Assembly (NCBI GenBank): GCA_000004695.1
Contig: CM000150.2
Coordinates: forward strand, 1,984,001 to 2,048,000
DNA from: Dictyostelium discoideum
Lineage: Eukaryota
DNA: 64,000 nt
Reading direction: 5' to 3'
The first letter of the stretch is position 1, and the number at the start of each line of letters is the position of its first letter. Of this stretch, positions 33,892 to 46,027 are shown piece after piece. A program made the position numbers and the translations under genes. The notes beneath the pieces are model-generated. The model had not been told where the DNA came from. It worked only from the letters and a program-made list of their open reading frames with translations, and did not search any database.

Positions 33892-34811
33892 ATGAACATT
33901 CATGTAAAATCAGTTTGTATTGATAATGGCATCATAATTTTTAAAAAACAAGATCAGGCATTTAATTATATGAATAGTGTCAGCTCTATTGAAAAATATT
34001 TTATATTTTCATATGAATTTGGCGATAAAGGTCAACGTGCTTTTTTAGTATCTCCAAGTATTGAAAAACTCTTCAAATGTATAATGAATACACCATTGAA
34101 TCTTCGTCATTATTATGAATTGATTCCACAATTTGAAAATTGTAATTTGTATTTAGATATTGATTTTAAGTTATCACCCGAGAAAGCAGAAGAAAATAAA
34201 AGAAACAAACAACTTTATAAAAACAATCTTATCGATAGAATTATAATCGACGAAGTAAAACCCATCCAAAGAAAACACATCCACAGGTCTCTGATGAAAT
34301 CGATAGCATTGAACCATTATTGCTCTTCTCCTATCAATACGATAAATATTCTTTACATTTACATTGGCCATTGAAAACCTTCCATTGGAAAGACAATGAA
34401 CATCTTGGAGAATGGGTAAAACAATTTGTTATTGAAAGATCCATCTATATACCAGAGCTCAACTATATCGATACGTCAGTTTATTCAAAATTCAGAAATT
34501 TTCGTCTAATGGGAAATAAAAAATTCAGTAAGAGTATTGAAACAATACTTAGAACAACATCTAAAGATAAAACCCTTGAAACCTTTGAAAAAACTATAAT
34601 AACATCATCGAATTTTCAAAAACAAAACGATACTGGTATCGATGAGAAAATCCTTTCATCTAATGGTTTCGAATCTTTAAAGAATACTGGTAGATCAACA
34701 GTTGATGTTAAGAGGAATCAACACCAACGAATTTCTTGTAATGATTTGATTTCATTGGAAGGTATGGGTCTCTCATTGGACGAATGTAATGATATTATAT
34801 TTTGTTTTTAA
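33892..34811 (+). pseudogene. Archaeo-eukaryotic primase (AEP) superfamily primase-like gene with one frameshift (ORFs 33892..34374 and 34320..34811 overlap).
   Basis: Motif I is hhhDhD (CNLYLDIDFK), preceded by FIFSYEFGDKGQRAFLV. Motif II is sxH (YSLHLHWP). Motif III is DTSVYSKFRNFRLMGNKKFSK. The order and spacing match p48/viral-type DxD AEP primases. The frame shifts between motifs I and II. Confidence 0.5.
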
Positions 34812-35078
34812 TTTTTATAGAAGATTTTTTCAATTAAAATTCTATAAAAATAAAAAACAAAATAAAAAAAATAAATTTTATAAAAAAAAAAAAATGTTTG
34901 AAAATATAAAATCATTAATCTTCTCAGCAGTTTCTTTATTATTCTCTTTTTTGTATTATCATAGTGATTCAATTATATCTTTATTCACTCAAAATCTTGG
35001 TGAGGCAGTTTTGGAAACAATAGACGAAGTAATTCATAAACCCCAAACCTCATTACAACAAGAATCATTAAAATTACA

Positions 35079-35411
35079 ATGTACATGCAAACCATTATAA
35101 AACAATCGAAAAGTATCGATGAAGATTTGGTACAAGGAACTAAAAAATGGGAAGAAGTAAGAGAGAAGTATTCTTTTACTGGAAGTAGATTAGCTGCTGC
35201 CATTGGAATTGATCCATACACTTCACAACATGATTTATTTCATTTTTTATATACAATTGTTGGAATGTGCATTCATGATAAATATAATTTTGAAGATTTG
35301 TTCCAAAGAGTAGGCAGTGGCACATCATTTGCTGTTATCGAAGAATTCATGAGGGGTGATCTTTTTCCTGATATCAAAAATGGATGTAGTGAAGAATGTA
35401 AAAAAAAATGA
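35079..35411 (+). CDS. Family A-related ORF (A3, 110 aa) with an N-terminal YqaJ-like exonuclease motif, C-terminally truncated.
   Basis: QGTKKWEEVREKYSFTGSRLAAAIGIDPYTSQHDLFHFL fits the N-terminal motif of YqaJ/lambda-exonuclease-like nucleases (W..R...TAS..aai.G..P..s...L). It is followed by CIHDKYNFEDL...DLFPDIKNGCSEECKKK, which aligns with the family A N-terminus (CCQHDEFSL...DEFPKIQPGYCTEECKEK). Confidence 0.35.
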   Translation: MYMQTIIKQSKSIDEDLVQGTKKWEEVREKYSFTGSRLAAAIGIDPYTSQHDLFHFLYTIVGMCIHDKYNFEDLFQRVGSGTSFAVIEEFMRGDLFPDIKNGCSEECKKK

Positions 35412-37469
35412 TACAATATACACAGGCCGTGTTTAAAAACTATATGAACTCTGTATGTTGGTACATAATGATGTTAATATACCAAAAAAGTTTGATGATA
35501 ATGGGCCCTCGTGCTTTTCAAATTATATCCATTCTTTGGTAGGTGGTTTCAAGGAAGAAAACTCTTGTTATTTCAACTATACGCCACGTCTCGAAAATAA
35601 TAGTAGTAAATTTCCAGATTATCCAAAAGAAAATTCTCAATAAAAATAAAAAGTTTATAATTTTTTTATTTATTTTGTTAATTTTTGTTTTTATTTTAAA
35701 TAAATAAATAATTTTAATAAATAATAATTAAAAAAAAAAAAATCATTGAAATCTAGTTGTAATTTTTATTTTATTTTATTTTTTTCTTTAAATTATTTTT
35801 CTTTAATCATTTTTATTTTGAATAATGATCTGAGACTACACGGGAAAAAAACCTAGTAAAATGTTAAAATATAATTAATTAAATTAAATTTTAATAAAAG
35901 TTTGTAATGCTATTTATAAATTAATAAAAATTATTAAAAAATAAGATTGATAGTTGCAAAAAAATAAAAAAAATAAAATTTATAAAAAAAAGAAACTTAT
36001 TATAAAAAAAAAATAGCATTTTTTATTAAAATTTAATTAATACTATAAAATAAGAAAATATATTAGAATTTTTAAATTTTATTAATTCGGGGTTATTTTT
36101 TTTTTTTAAAAATAATTATAATAATTATTAGAAAATAGGATATTTTATAAAAAAATAAGATTATTTATAAAAAATGTAACCTTTATTATTTTTTAATAAA
36201 ATATATTTAAAAAATAAGATAAATAATAATAAAAAAAAAATAATAAAATATATTAAAAATTGAAACATTATATAATTTTTAACATATTTTATTAAAATGT
36301 AATAAATACTAAAAAAATGAGATATTATATAAGAAGGTTATAAATTTTATTAATTATGGTTTTAATAATAAGATGTTTAAAAAATAATAATATAAATTAT
36401 AAATTGGAAAATTTTATAATATTCAACATATTTTATTAAATATAAGTAAAAAATAAGATAAAAAATAAATTTTATAAAAAAAAAAAATATATATATATTA
36501 AATGAAACTTTTTATTATTTTAAAAAATATAGGAATTGAATTAATAAAAATAAGATATTATAAGAATAAATATGCGAAAACAAGAAAAATTTTATTAATT
36601 TTGAATTTGGTTTTTTTTTTATTTTTTTATTTTTTTTTTTTTTTTATCCATTTTCAAACTAAATCTGAATCGATTGTTTTTTTTTTTTTTTTTTTTTTTT
36701 TATCTGGATAAAAGTTGTTTGTATTTATTTAAAAAATTATTTGATTTTACTTTTTTTTTTTTTTTTTCATATTTTTTTTTTTTCATCATTTTTTTTTCAT
36801 TTTTTTTTCACCTTTTTTTTTACCAAAGTAAGTAAATTTTCATTATTTGTTTGAATAAAATCAGTAAACTAATTATTAAATTAGAATAAATAAAATTGAT
36901 GAAACAACTTATAAAAAAAAAAATAAAAATAATAAAAAAAAAAAAATAAAAAAAATTTAGAAAAATTAAAAAATATGTTTATTTTAAATATTCTTTATAT
37001 AGTATAATGTTTTAATTAATATCTTTTGGTATTATATGTCAACACATTTCATAGTATAAAATGAAAAAGAAAATTTATTTTCAGTTTTATTATCTTATTA
37101 CTCACAAATATAAATATGTTATAAATTAAATAAATATATAAATATATATTAATTAAAAGAAATAGATATTTAATTAAATTATATATAATTAAATAGAAAT
37201 AAAAATTAAATTGGTTATTCAAAAAATAAATAAAAAAAAATAGAATATAATAAAAAATAATTCTTTTAAGTCCTTCTATAGTATACCACTTCCTTTGCAT
37301 ATTTAAAACAAATAACCTCTTTAAAATTAAAATTCATATATTGAAATTCTTAAATTGTAATTTTAAATATTTGTTTAATGGATAACCGTAATAAATCTAT
37401 TTTCTATTAATTTTTAATTATTCTTTCAAAAAATAAAAAATTATAATTTTTTTATATTTTTTTTTTCAA

Positions 37470-37804
37470 TTGGAAATTTTTTTTTTTTTGAATTGGATAA
37501 CGCAATTATTATTTGCTTCTCCTTGAGATGCTAGATCTCATTTTATTTTTTTTTTTTTTTTACAGGGTCTTTTTGATTAAAACATCTTTTTTGTCCAAAC
37601 TTTTTTCTAAATCTTTTTTTATTTTATCGTCTGGTTCGTGATTGATGTTTATGACGTATTTGAATTGTTTTTTTTTTTTTAATTGAGTTTTATCCACAAT
37701 TTCGCTTATTTTTTGTAGGCATTTGTGTTGCTTAATATTTGTGGTGTTGTTTGTGATTTTCATTTTATTTTCTTTCTATCTTTTTTATTTTACTGATTAA
37801 CTTG

Positions 37805-37862
<58 letters not shown>

Positions 37863-39300
37863 TTATAGAAAGTACTGAGTGAATTTATTGTATTTTCTGA
37901 GATGTTTAGGAAGTTCTATTGCGGGTGTTGATGATGATTTGTGACACCCCTTGTCCTGTTTTATCAATTGGTGCGTGGTGTGTTATTTTGTTTTTATATT
38001 GTTGATTTATTGAGTAAATTTTATTTGTTTTTATATTTGTTTCAGTTAGAAGTGCTGCGTCCAGCTTGTTGTTGTCTAAAACGGTGTTTATTATGCTGGC
38101 AGATTGGATGGTGTTGGATCCTTGGACGTTCCAAACACCTATTCTTATTGTGTTTTTCTTTATAGTTTTATTTGGGGTAGATTTTTATCTACCTTTTGAA
38201 GTTTCTGGTTTATTTTGTCTTCTAACTGATCTTTACTTTGTTCGTTGTGTTGTTGGTCTTGTGTGTTTGTGGGGTTTTTTGATTTATTGATTTGTTTTAG
38301 AATTTCCTTGTTGAAGTTGTCTATATCTTCATCCATTTTTGTTTTTATGCTTTTTTGTCCATATTCACCCAATTTTGGTTTGACTGGTGTTTTGTTGGTC
38401 TTGTTTGTTTTGTCTTGTTGTTTCTTTTTTGGTGTGTTTAACAATTTACTTGGTGAATCGATAATTTTCGATGGTGTACCATAGGTTGGGCTGAAACTCA
38501 TGATATGTTTTATTGGAGAGGAGAAGAACCATTGATTTGAAGGGATTGAAAGTGGGAATTCTATTTTTCTTATTGCATCAGTGTTTGGGCTGGTGAAGTC
38601 GAAGATATCATTTGCCTCTCTAAGTTTTTCTTCCGTTGTTAGTCCCTTTGTTTCGCCGTGTTGTTTTATTGGTGTATTGTATGGAGATGGTGGTTCGATA
38701 GGTTTTTCTGATTTTGTTTTAATTTCTTGATTGTTTATCGATTGTGTATTGATCTCATTCTCTATTCTTGTTAGTTCATCTACGTTTTCTAGTGATGCTT
38801 CTATTACCTTTTGAGCTGTATCATCTAGGGCCATAAATGTTTTATCATTAGATGAGGATGTGATTGGTGGGATAATGATTGTTCTTTTTCCTTGTTTTGG
38901 TATTTGTTCTGATGTAGATTGTGGTTGTTGTTCATCTGATTGTTTTTTATTTTTGTTTTCTTCTTGATTTTCTGGTAATGAGGTTTGATCTCTCCATCCT
39001 TTGTTGGAGTGTCCAATTAATGTTAGATTGTCTAGTTCAATGATAGTGTCAAATTCTTCTACGACTCTTTTCACTGTTTTGATAATTAGAGTTTCGCCTT
39101 TAATTTCTGATTTAATTAGTTTACATCCTTCATTTTCTATTACCCATTCTATTTCTGTGAGTGATTTATACCAATCAAAATCTGTATACATATTTTTTGG
39201 TCTTATAGTGGTTATAAATTGTCCTTTTAATTCTGCATCAAACATATTTACAAAATAGATTACTGTTTTCAATTGGAAATTTTTTTGCATATAATATTTT
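37470..39300 (-). mobile_element. TRE5-like non-LTR retroelement (5'-truncated or internally deleted; no RT ORF). It has a 376-aa ORF (38160..39290), a 3' module R (37490-37680) and an A13 tail. It abuts the 5' side of tRNA-Arg.
   Basis: The ORF start is 22 bp upstream of the tRNA on the opposite strand (head-to-head). The 3' end repeat is shared with 17856-18125. The plus-strand T13 at 37470-37482 is the minus-strand oligo(A). In Dictyostelium, TRE5 elements insert 5' of tRNA genes (established knowledge). The ORF has no motif I recognise. Confidence 0.4.
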
Positions 39301-39311
39301 ATATCATCAAA

Positions 39312-39385
39312 GGGACTATAGTTTAGTTGGATATAACGACCGGCTACGAACCGGTAGGTCTCAGGTTCGACCCCTGATGGTCTCG
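39312..39385 (+). tRNA. tRNA-Arg (anticodon ACG).
   Basis: The acceptor GGGACTA/TGGTCTC has two G-U pairs. The anticodon stem ACCGG/CCGGT has loop CTACGAA (U33, anticodon ACG, A37). The variable loop is AGGTC. The T arm is TCAGG-TTCGACC-CCTGA. The discriminator is G. Confidence 0.75.
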
Positions 39386-39543
39386 TATACTTTTAATATA
39401 ATCAAGATTAAGTCAATGGTTCGAATCTCGTTTAATTCAAATCAGATTAAAATAAAATTTGATTTTGTAATAAAAAAGAAATTTTGAAAAAATAATTTTA
39501 AAGAAATAAAATTTAAAAAAATGAATTACTTTTATTATTTTTT

Positions 39544-40644
39544 TTAGTTTTCGAATCTAACCTTTTCACATTTATATGATTTATTACATAATTGATCGAA
39601 ACCACAATTAAAACTATGAGTACATTTACCATATTCACAACGGTCAGTTGTACAATCCAAATTATCGGAACAGTCTTTATTTGAATAACATGAGGAAAGA
39701 CCATCACAAGTTGGATCAGGTTTATAATGACAGCCATATTCATTATCACAAAAGTCCTGAGTACATGGATTACCATCATCACAACTAACATTGTTATGTA
39801 TACAACCCAAATCATTATCACATACATCAGCGGTACATAAATTTCCATCTGAACAATCTTTATAACTTTGGATACATTTTAGGGTTTGTTTATCACAAAC
39901 TGCATTTGTACATTTATTGGTGTTACAACCTTTTAGACATTTCTGATATTCAGTAGTGTTTTCACAATTCATCCATTCATTAACAATATTAATACAAATT
40001 CCATAATAGGGTGAATAAAAATCAGTGGTACAAGGATTATTATCGGAACAATTGACACAAAATCCACGTTCGTCACAAATCTCCTCTGGTTTACATTTGG
40101 GTGTAATTTTACATTCACCAGTCTCTTCATTGCATGATGCAATACTACAACGATCACCACTAATACATGTTGGTGTATAAATACATTGACCAGTGTTTAC
40201 ATCACACAATGCTTGTTCACATAAAGTTCTTGCATGACATCTTGGTGTAACCGTACAATTTCCACCCTGTCTTCTATTACATGTTACAGTTTCACATAAA
40301 TCTTTTGCTTGACATTTTTGTAAATGTTCACATCTTAATATTTTAAATCTATCAATTGTACATGGATCACCATCATCACATAATCCTTCTATTTCACCTA
40401 AATAATAATAAATATATATATATTTTTTTTTTATTTTTAAAAAAAATTAATTAATATTTTTTTAAAATTACAAAAATCATTTTATAAAATTATAAATAAT
40501 AAAATAATAAAATAATAAAAAAAAAAAAAAAAAAAAAATGTTGATTTTTATTATTATTTTTTTTTAATATATTGGAAATAAATATTTACAATTAACAAAT
40601 ACTAAAAATATTGTAATAAATAAAAGTAAATATTTTATTTTCAT
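39544..40644 (-). CDS. Secreted cysteine-rich repeat protein (Dictyostelium CTDC-type Cys repeats), 302 aa. CDS is join(40644..40590, 40397..39544).
   Basis: Exon 1 is MKIKYLLLFITIFLVFVN (signal peptide) plus a GTAAAT donor. Exon 2 has about 12 repeats of C..D.NPCT.D.C.....C (e.g. CSDGNLCTADVCDNDLGC, CDDGNPCTQDFCDNEYGC). Phases are consistent (55+854 nt). Confidence 0.55.
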
Positions 40645-40707
40645 TTTTGTTTTTTTTTTACTTTATTTTTTTATTATTTTTTAATAAAAAAAAAAAATAT
40701 TGATTGT

Positions 40708-40740
<33 letters not shown>

Positions 40741-42039
40741 TAATAAATTAAAAATAATATATATATAAAAAATATAAATATATTTAAATATTATAAATTT
40801 TTTTATAAAATCCAATAATAATTTTAATATTATTATCAAAATTTATATATTTTAATTGTTTTTTTGATATTAGTTTTTTTTTTTTTTTTTTTTAAATTTT
40901 TTTTATTATTTTTTTTTTTTTTTATATTTATTAAATTATTATTTTATTTTAAAAAAAAAATTATTTGTTGCTTAAGTGAGTGTGTGGTTTTCCTTTTTTT
41001 ATTTATTTATTTTATATCTGCGTTATTTTCCAGTTGTGTGTATGTATGTGTGTGAATTTTTTTTAAATTTTTTGTCTGATGATAATTTTTGATTTTTTTG
41101 ATAATATCACAATATTTAAAATTTTTGTTTATTTAAATTTATTATTGGATCAAATAATAAATTAATATAATATACATAATTTTTTTGTTTTTTTTTTTTC
41201 CAAACAAATTATCAAAAAAAAAAAAAAAAAAAAAATAATATTAAAAAAAAAAAAAAAATGTTAAATACCAATAATACACTACAATAATAGAGTTTCTCTT
41301 ATATATTATTATTATTTAAAAAAATTATCATTAGTACCCGTCAAAAATGATATTAAATAAAATGCATTTTATTGACAGAGTTGGTAAAAAATTGACGATT
41401 TATCTTTGTACAATACTGTGTTAGTTTTATTTTATTTTATTTTATTTTTATTTATTTTGTTTTTTTTTTTTTTTTTTTTTTGTATAAATTTTTTTTTTTA
41501 ATATATATACTTGTGTTTAAGCTAAATAGGGGTGTTTAATATATAATGTTAAAATAACAATAATATAATCAAAAAAAAAAAAAAAAAAAAATTAGATAAT
41601 TTAATAAAAAAAAACAAAACAATTGAATGTTATTAATATTAATATTTTGTTTTTAATATGTAAATTGTTTTATCTTTCATGATGTAACAATTAAGTATAA
41701 AAATTGTTTTTGTTTTTATTTTAATTTTTTTTTCTTTTTTTTTCTTTCTTTTATTATTATAACCAATCTTTATCTACAATCAAATAATTTTTGATAAAAA
41801 ATATTTATAATTGTAATTTATTTTTTATTTATTTTTTTATTTATTTTTTAATAAAAAATAAATCCTATTTTCGATAAAAATCAACTTATCGATGAGTTAA
41901 AGAATTTAGTTAAAAATGATCTATTAGTGTAAAGTTTTTAACAAATTTGACATGATTTAATTTTAAAGATGATCATATATTTTCCATTGAATCTATTCAT
42001 TTCAAAATTATTTTATTTGTTCCCTGTTAATTGTTTTTG

Positions 42040-42083
<44 letters not shown>

Positions 42084-42276
42084 TTATTTTTTAAATTTTT
42101 ATTATTTTTAATTAATATCAATACTGGCTTATTAAAAATAATAACAACTTGAATAAAATTTTATTATTTTAGTTTAATAAATCTATTATATTTATTTTTA
42201 CAATCAAATTTTTTTTTTTTTTTTTTTTTATTATTATTATTATGTTATTATATAATTATTTTTTAAAAAATTAATA

Positions 42277-43584
42277 TTAAATTTTATTATATTTAAATAA
42301 ATATTTAACAATATCAGAATAAATTTTAATATATGCATCTGTACCCCAAGTAAAATCAATATGATTAAAGTTTATAATGTTTTTAGAAAATATTAAATTT
42401 TGTTTTAATTGAGCTATTAACCAATTATTATCTTCTTTAGTTGATAGTATCATTACCACCAGTGAAAAGAAATGTTGGTATTGTTTTTGAAAAGTTTGTA
42501 ATATTATATTTTGGTGGTGTTGATTGAGAATAATGAATGAAATTTTCATGTGATGAACCATAATCAAATTTTTGAAAACCTTTCTTAAAATTTTGAGACC
42601 AATGAATCATATTTTTTGTTGATGTTCCACCTGGTGATTGTGATAAAATTATTGGTAATCTAGTTTGATTTAAATTTGAACTGAAATCACCATCATCACC
42701 ATCATCACTGCCGAAAAGTAATCTTAATGAAGTTGTACATGCAAATGGTGTAATACTACAAACCGATGGTAATAGCAATACCCTTAGTGGTTGTATGTCC
42801 ATTGGAAATGATTTTATACCAACTAAATTAACAATTTCACCAATACTTAATTGGGAAATTAAATTTAATAATACACTTTTACAATGTGTTACTCTTGTTA
42901 CTGGTGCCAATGCAAAAAATGTGTTTATCTTTTTCGTTAATTCACTACCTTCTTTAAATCCAATGAATCCCATTGTTGTACCTTGACTATGACCAATATA
43001 ATTCACTTTATCATTTCCAGTTACATTAATAACATAATCAACTACACAAGGTAAATCGAATTCACTCATTTCATCAAATGTAAAATTCCAATATTCTACA
43101 TCATTAACATTATATTTCAAATGTTTATTACTATATCTAGTACCTCTAACATTACTAATCCAAACATCATATCCTTCATCTGCTAGAATAAATCCTAAAC
43201 TTTGATAATCATTCTCTTGAATTACCCAAGTTGTACCAATATCTTCTAAACCATGTTGTAATATAACTGATGCTTTTAACTTTTTATTATTATTTATTAT
43301 TTTTTTACCATTTGGTATACGCTGAAGTGATATCTTTATAATTTTAAAAAGTTATTATTAGTATGAATACAAAATTTAAAAAATAAATTATTAAAAATTC
43401 TTACAATATAACCATCTTTTGTAGTGGCAAAATGATTTTCTACAGGATAACCATGTTTTTGAATAAATTGTGAAATATTTAAATTAAAATCTGGATCAAA
43501 TAGTGTATTTATTTCTGATTGAACAAAATTAAATAAAGTTGATAATATTAAAAAAAAAAATAAAATTAATATTTTTTTTTTCAT
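42277..43584 (-). pseudogene. Acid lipase family paralog L1 (gastric/lysosomal acid lipase-like alpha/beta hydrolase) with a 2-nt deletion near the C-terminus. Gene is join(43584..43405, 43333..42277).
   Basis: It has a signal peptide, an Abhydro_lipase N-terminal motif (GYPVENHFATTKDGYI) and a GHSQG nucleophile elbow. It is 75-80% identical to L2 at the protein level. Near 42440-42480, gatactatcaactaaagaag replaces the L2 sequence gatttaatttcaacaaaagaag. Two overlapping track ORFs (42437..43120 and 42277..42567) confirm the frame change. Confidence 0.55.
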
Positions 43585-43895
43585 TTTTAAATTATATATA
43601 TATATATTATAATATATATATAGTTTTAAAAAAATATAAAAAAAATTATAATACAATTGTCTTATAATTTTATAAAAAAAAAAAAAAGAAAAAAAAAAAA
43701 AAAGATTACCTTTAATGTAAAAAATTATCAACTTGTAAAAATATAAATTTATAATCTATTTATTTTTTTAAAATCTATTAATAATTAATCTAATCACATT
43801 TTACTAATTATAAACATTGAATTAATCTAAAAATATTATGATATTTATAAAAATCTTTTACCCTTTTTTGAAAAAAAAAAATAAAAATAAAATTG

Positions 43896-43929
<34 letters not shown>

Positions 43930-44101
43930 TAAAAAAAAAAATAATAAAATTAAAAAAAGAATAAAAAAAACTTTTGTTTAACTTAAATCATTCTTTGAAA
44001 AAAAAAAAAAAAAAAACATTTTACAATTTGTTTAAAGACTTTATGAGATAAATCTTTAAATAAATTATTATTTAATTTTTTTTTTATTTTATTTTAAAAA
44101 A

Positions 44102-45414
44102 TTAATTATATTTTAATAAATATTTTAAAATATCAGAATAAACTTGTTTATAAGCATCATTACCCCAAACGAAATCAAGATGACTATATGAATCAATATG
44201 TTTATAATAAATTAAATTTTTTAATTGTGGAAGTAACCAATTGTAATCTTCTTTTGTTGAAATTAAATCTTTACCACCAGTGAAAATTATTGTTGGTATT
44301 TTTTTTGAAAAATTTGTAATATTATATTTGGGTGGTGTTGATTGAGAATAATGAATGAAATTTTCATATGATGAACCATAATCAAATTTTTGAAATTCAT
44401 TATTTAAATTTTGACTCCAATGGATAATATTTTTTGTTGATGTTCCACCTGGTGATTGTGATAAAATTACTGGTAATCTAGTTTCATTTAAATTTGAATT
44501 TTCACCCCACCCAGTAATGAAACCTAAGGATGTTGTACATGCAATTGGTGTAATACTACATAATGTTGGTGCTAAAAATCCTCTTAAAATCGGTGAATCC
44601 ATTAAAAATGATTTTACTCCAAAAAATTTTAAAATCAATCCAAATCTTAAATTACCTAAAAAATTAAATAATGGACTTTGACAATGTGTAACTCTTGCAA
44701 CTGGTGCCAATGCAAAAAATGTGTTTATCTTTTTCGTTAATTCACTACCATCTTTAAATCCAATGAATCCCATTGTTGTGCCTTGGCTATGACCAATATA
44801 ATTCACTTTACTATTACCAGTTACATTTATAATATAATCAACCATTGAAGGTAAATCGAATTCACCCATTTCATTAAATGTAAAATCCCAATATTCATCA
44901 TCATTTACTGTATATTCCAAATGTTTATTACTATATATAGTACCTCTAACATTACCAATCCAAACGTCATATCCTTCATCTGCTAAAATAAATCCTAAAC
45001 TTTGATACCTATTCTCTTGGAAAACCCAAGTTGTACCAATATCTTCTAAACCATGTTGTAATAAAACTGTTGGTTTTATCTTTGTATTATTATTATTATT
45101 ATTATTATTAAATATTCCTTTATTTTTATTTATACCATTTGGTATACGTTGAAGTGATATCTAATAAATATTAAAATATTAATTAATTTATAAATAAAAT
45201 AGAATTTCTATTATTAACCTCTTACAATATAACCATCTTTTGTAGTTACGAAATGATTTTCAACAGGATATCCTTGTTTTGCAATCAATTGTGAAATGTT
45301 TAATTTAAAATCTGGGTCAAATAATATATCCTCTATTGATTGAGTAACATTACAACTTATTAAAATTGTTACTAATATTATTATTATATATTCTATGGTT
45401 AATATATTTTTCAT
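44102..45414 (-). CDS. Acid lipase family protein L2 (415 aa). CDS is join(45414..45226, 45160..44102).
   Basis: MKNILTIEYIIIILVTILISC signal peptide. ...GYPVENHFVTTKDGYI ends exon 1 at a GTAAGA donor. Exon 2 has HGLEDIGTTWV, GHSQGTTMGFIGF and SHLDFVWG. Phases check (189+1059 nt). Confidence 0.65.
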
Positions 45415-45914
45415 TTTATCTAAAAAAAAAAAAAAAAAAAAAAAATTTATTATAAACCAATTTTTTGGTAAAAAAAATGCTTTTAAAAAAAGAAAATCAG
45501 AGATTCATATAAAAAAAATTTATTATTATTATTAAAAATTATATTTTAAAAAAAAAAGTTTAAAACTATTCCATTTGATAGTTTTTTTAAAAAAGTTTAT
45601 AAGAGTTTTTAACCAAAATTTTATAAAATATTAAAAATTAATTAATTTTTTAACTATTAATTATTATATTTCTAAATTAATAACACAATTATTTATATAT
45701 AATCTGAAATTTTTTCCAAACAAAATTGTTAGGGTGTGGTTGGTGTATTGCTTTTTAAAAAAAAAAAAAAATTATTATCATTGCAAGGTTCGGAATGTTG
45801 TAAAATTAAAAAATTATTTAATTTGTTTAATTTTTTGAATTAACATAAAACGAGCAGTTTTATTTTATTAAAAATAAAATAAAAATAAAACATATAAATT
45901 TATTCAATAAAATT

Positions 45915-45964
<50 letters not shown>

Positions 45965-46027
45965 GCGCTGTTATACCCTATACCCCACACCCTTTATTTT
46001 TATTATTATTATTATTTATTATTAGTT

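Noticed and set aside
39513-40160. Additional overlapping minus-strand ORFs (111 and 63 aa) within the Cys-rich gene
   Set aside because: They are alternative frames of the same Cys-codon-rich exon. Only the frame with the C..D.NPCT.D.C repeats and the signal-peptide exon is coherent.
43585-43731. N-terminal extension of the L1 lipase track ORF (MIIFYIKGNLFFFF...)
   Set aside because: It is an AT-rich 5' flank read in frame. The real start is the signal-peptide Met at 43584, as in paralogs L2 and L3.
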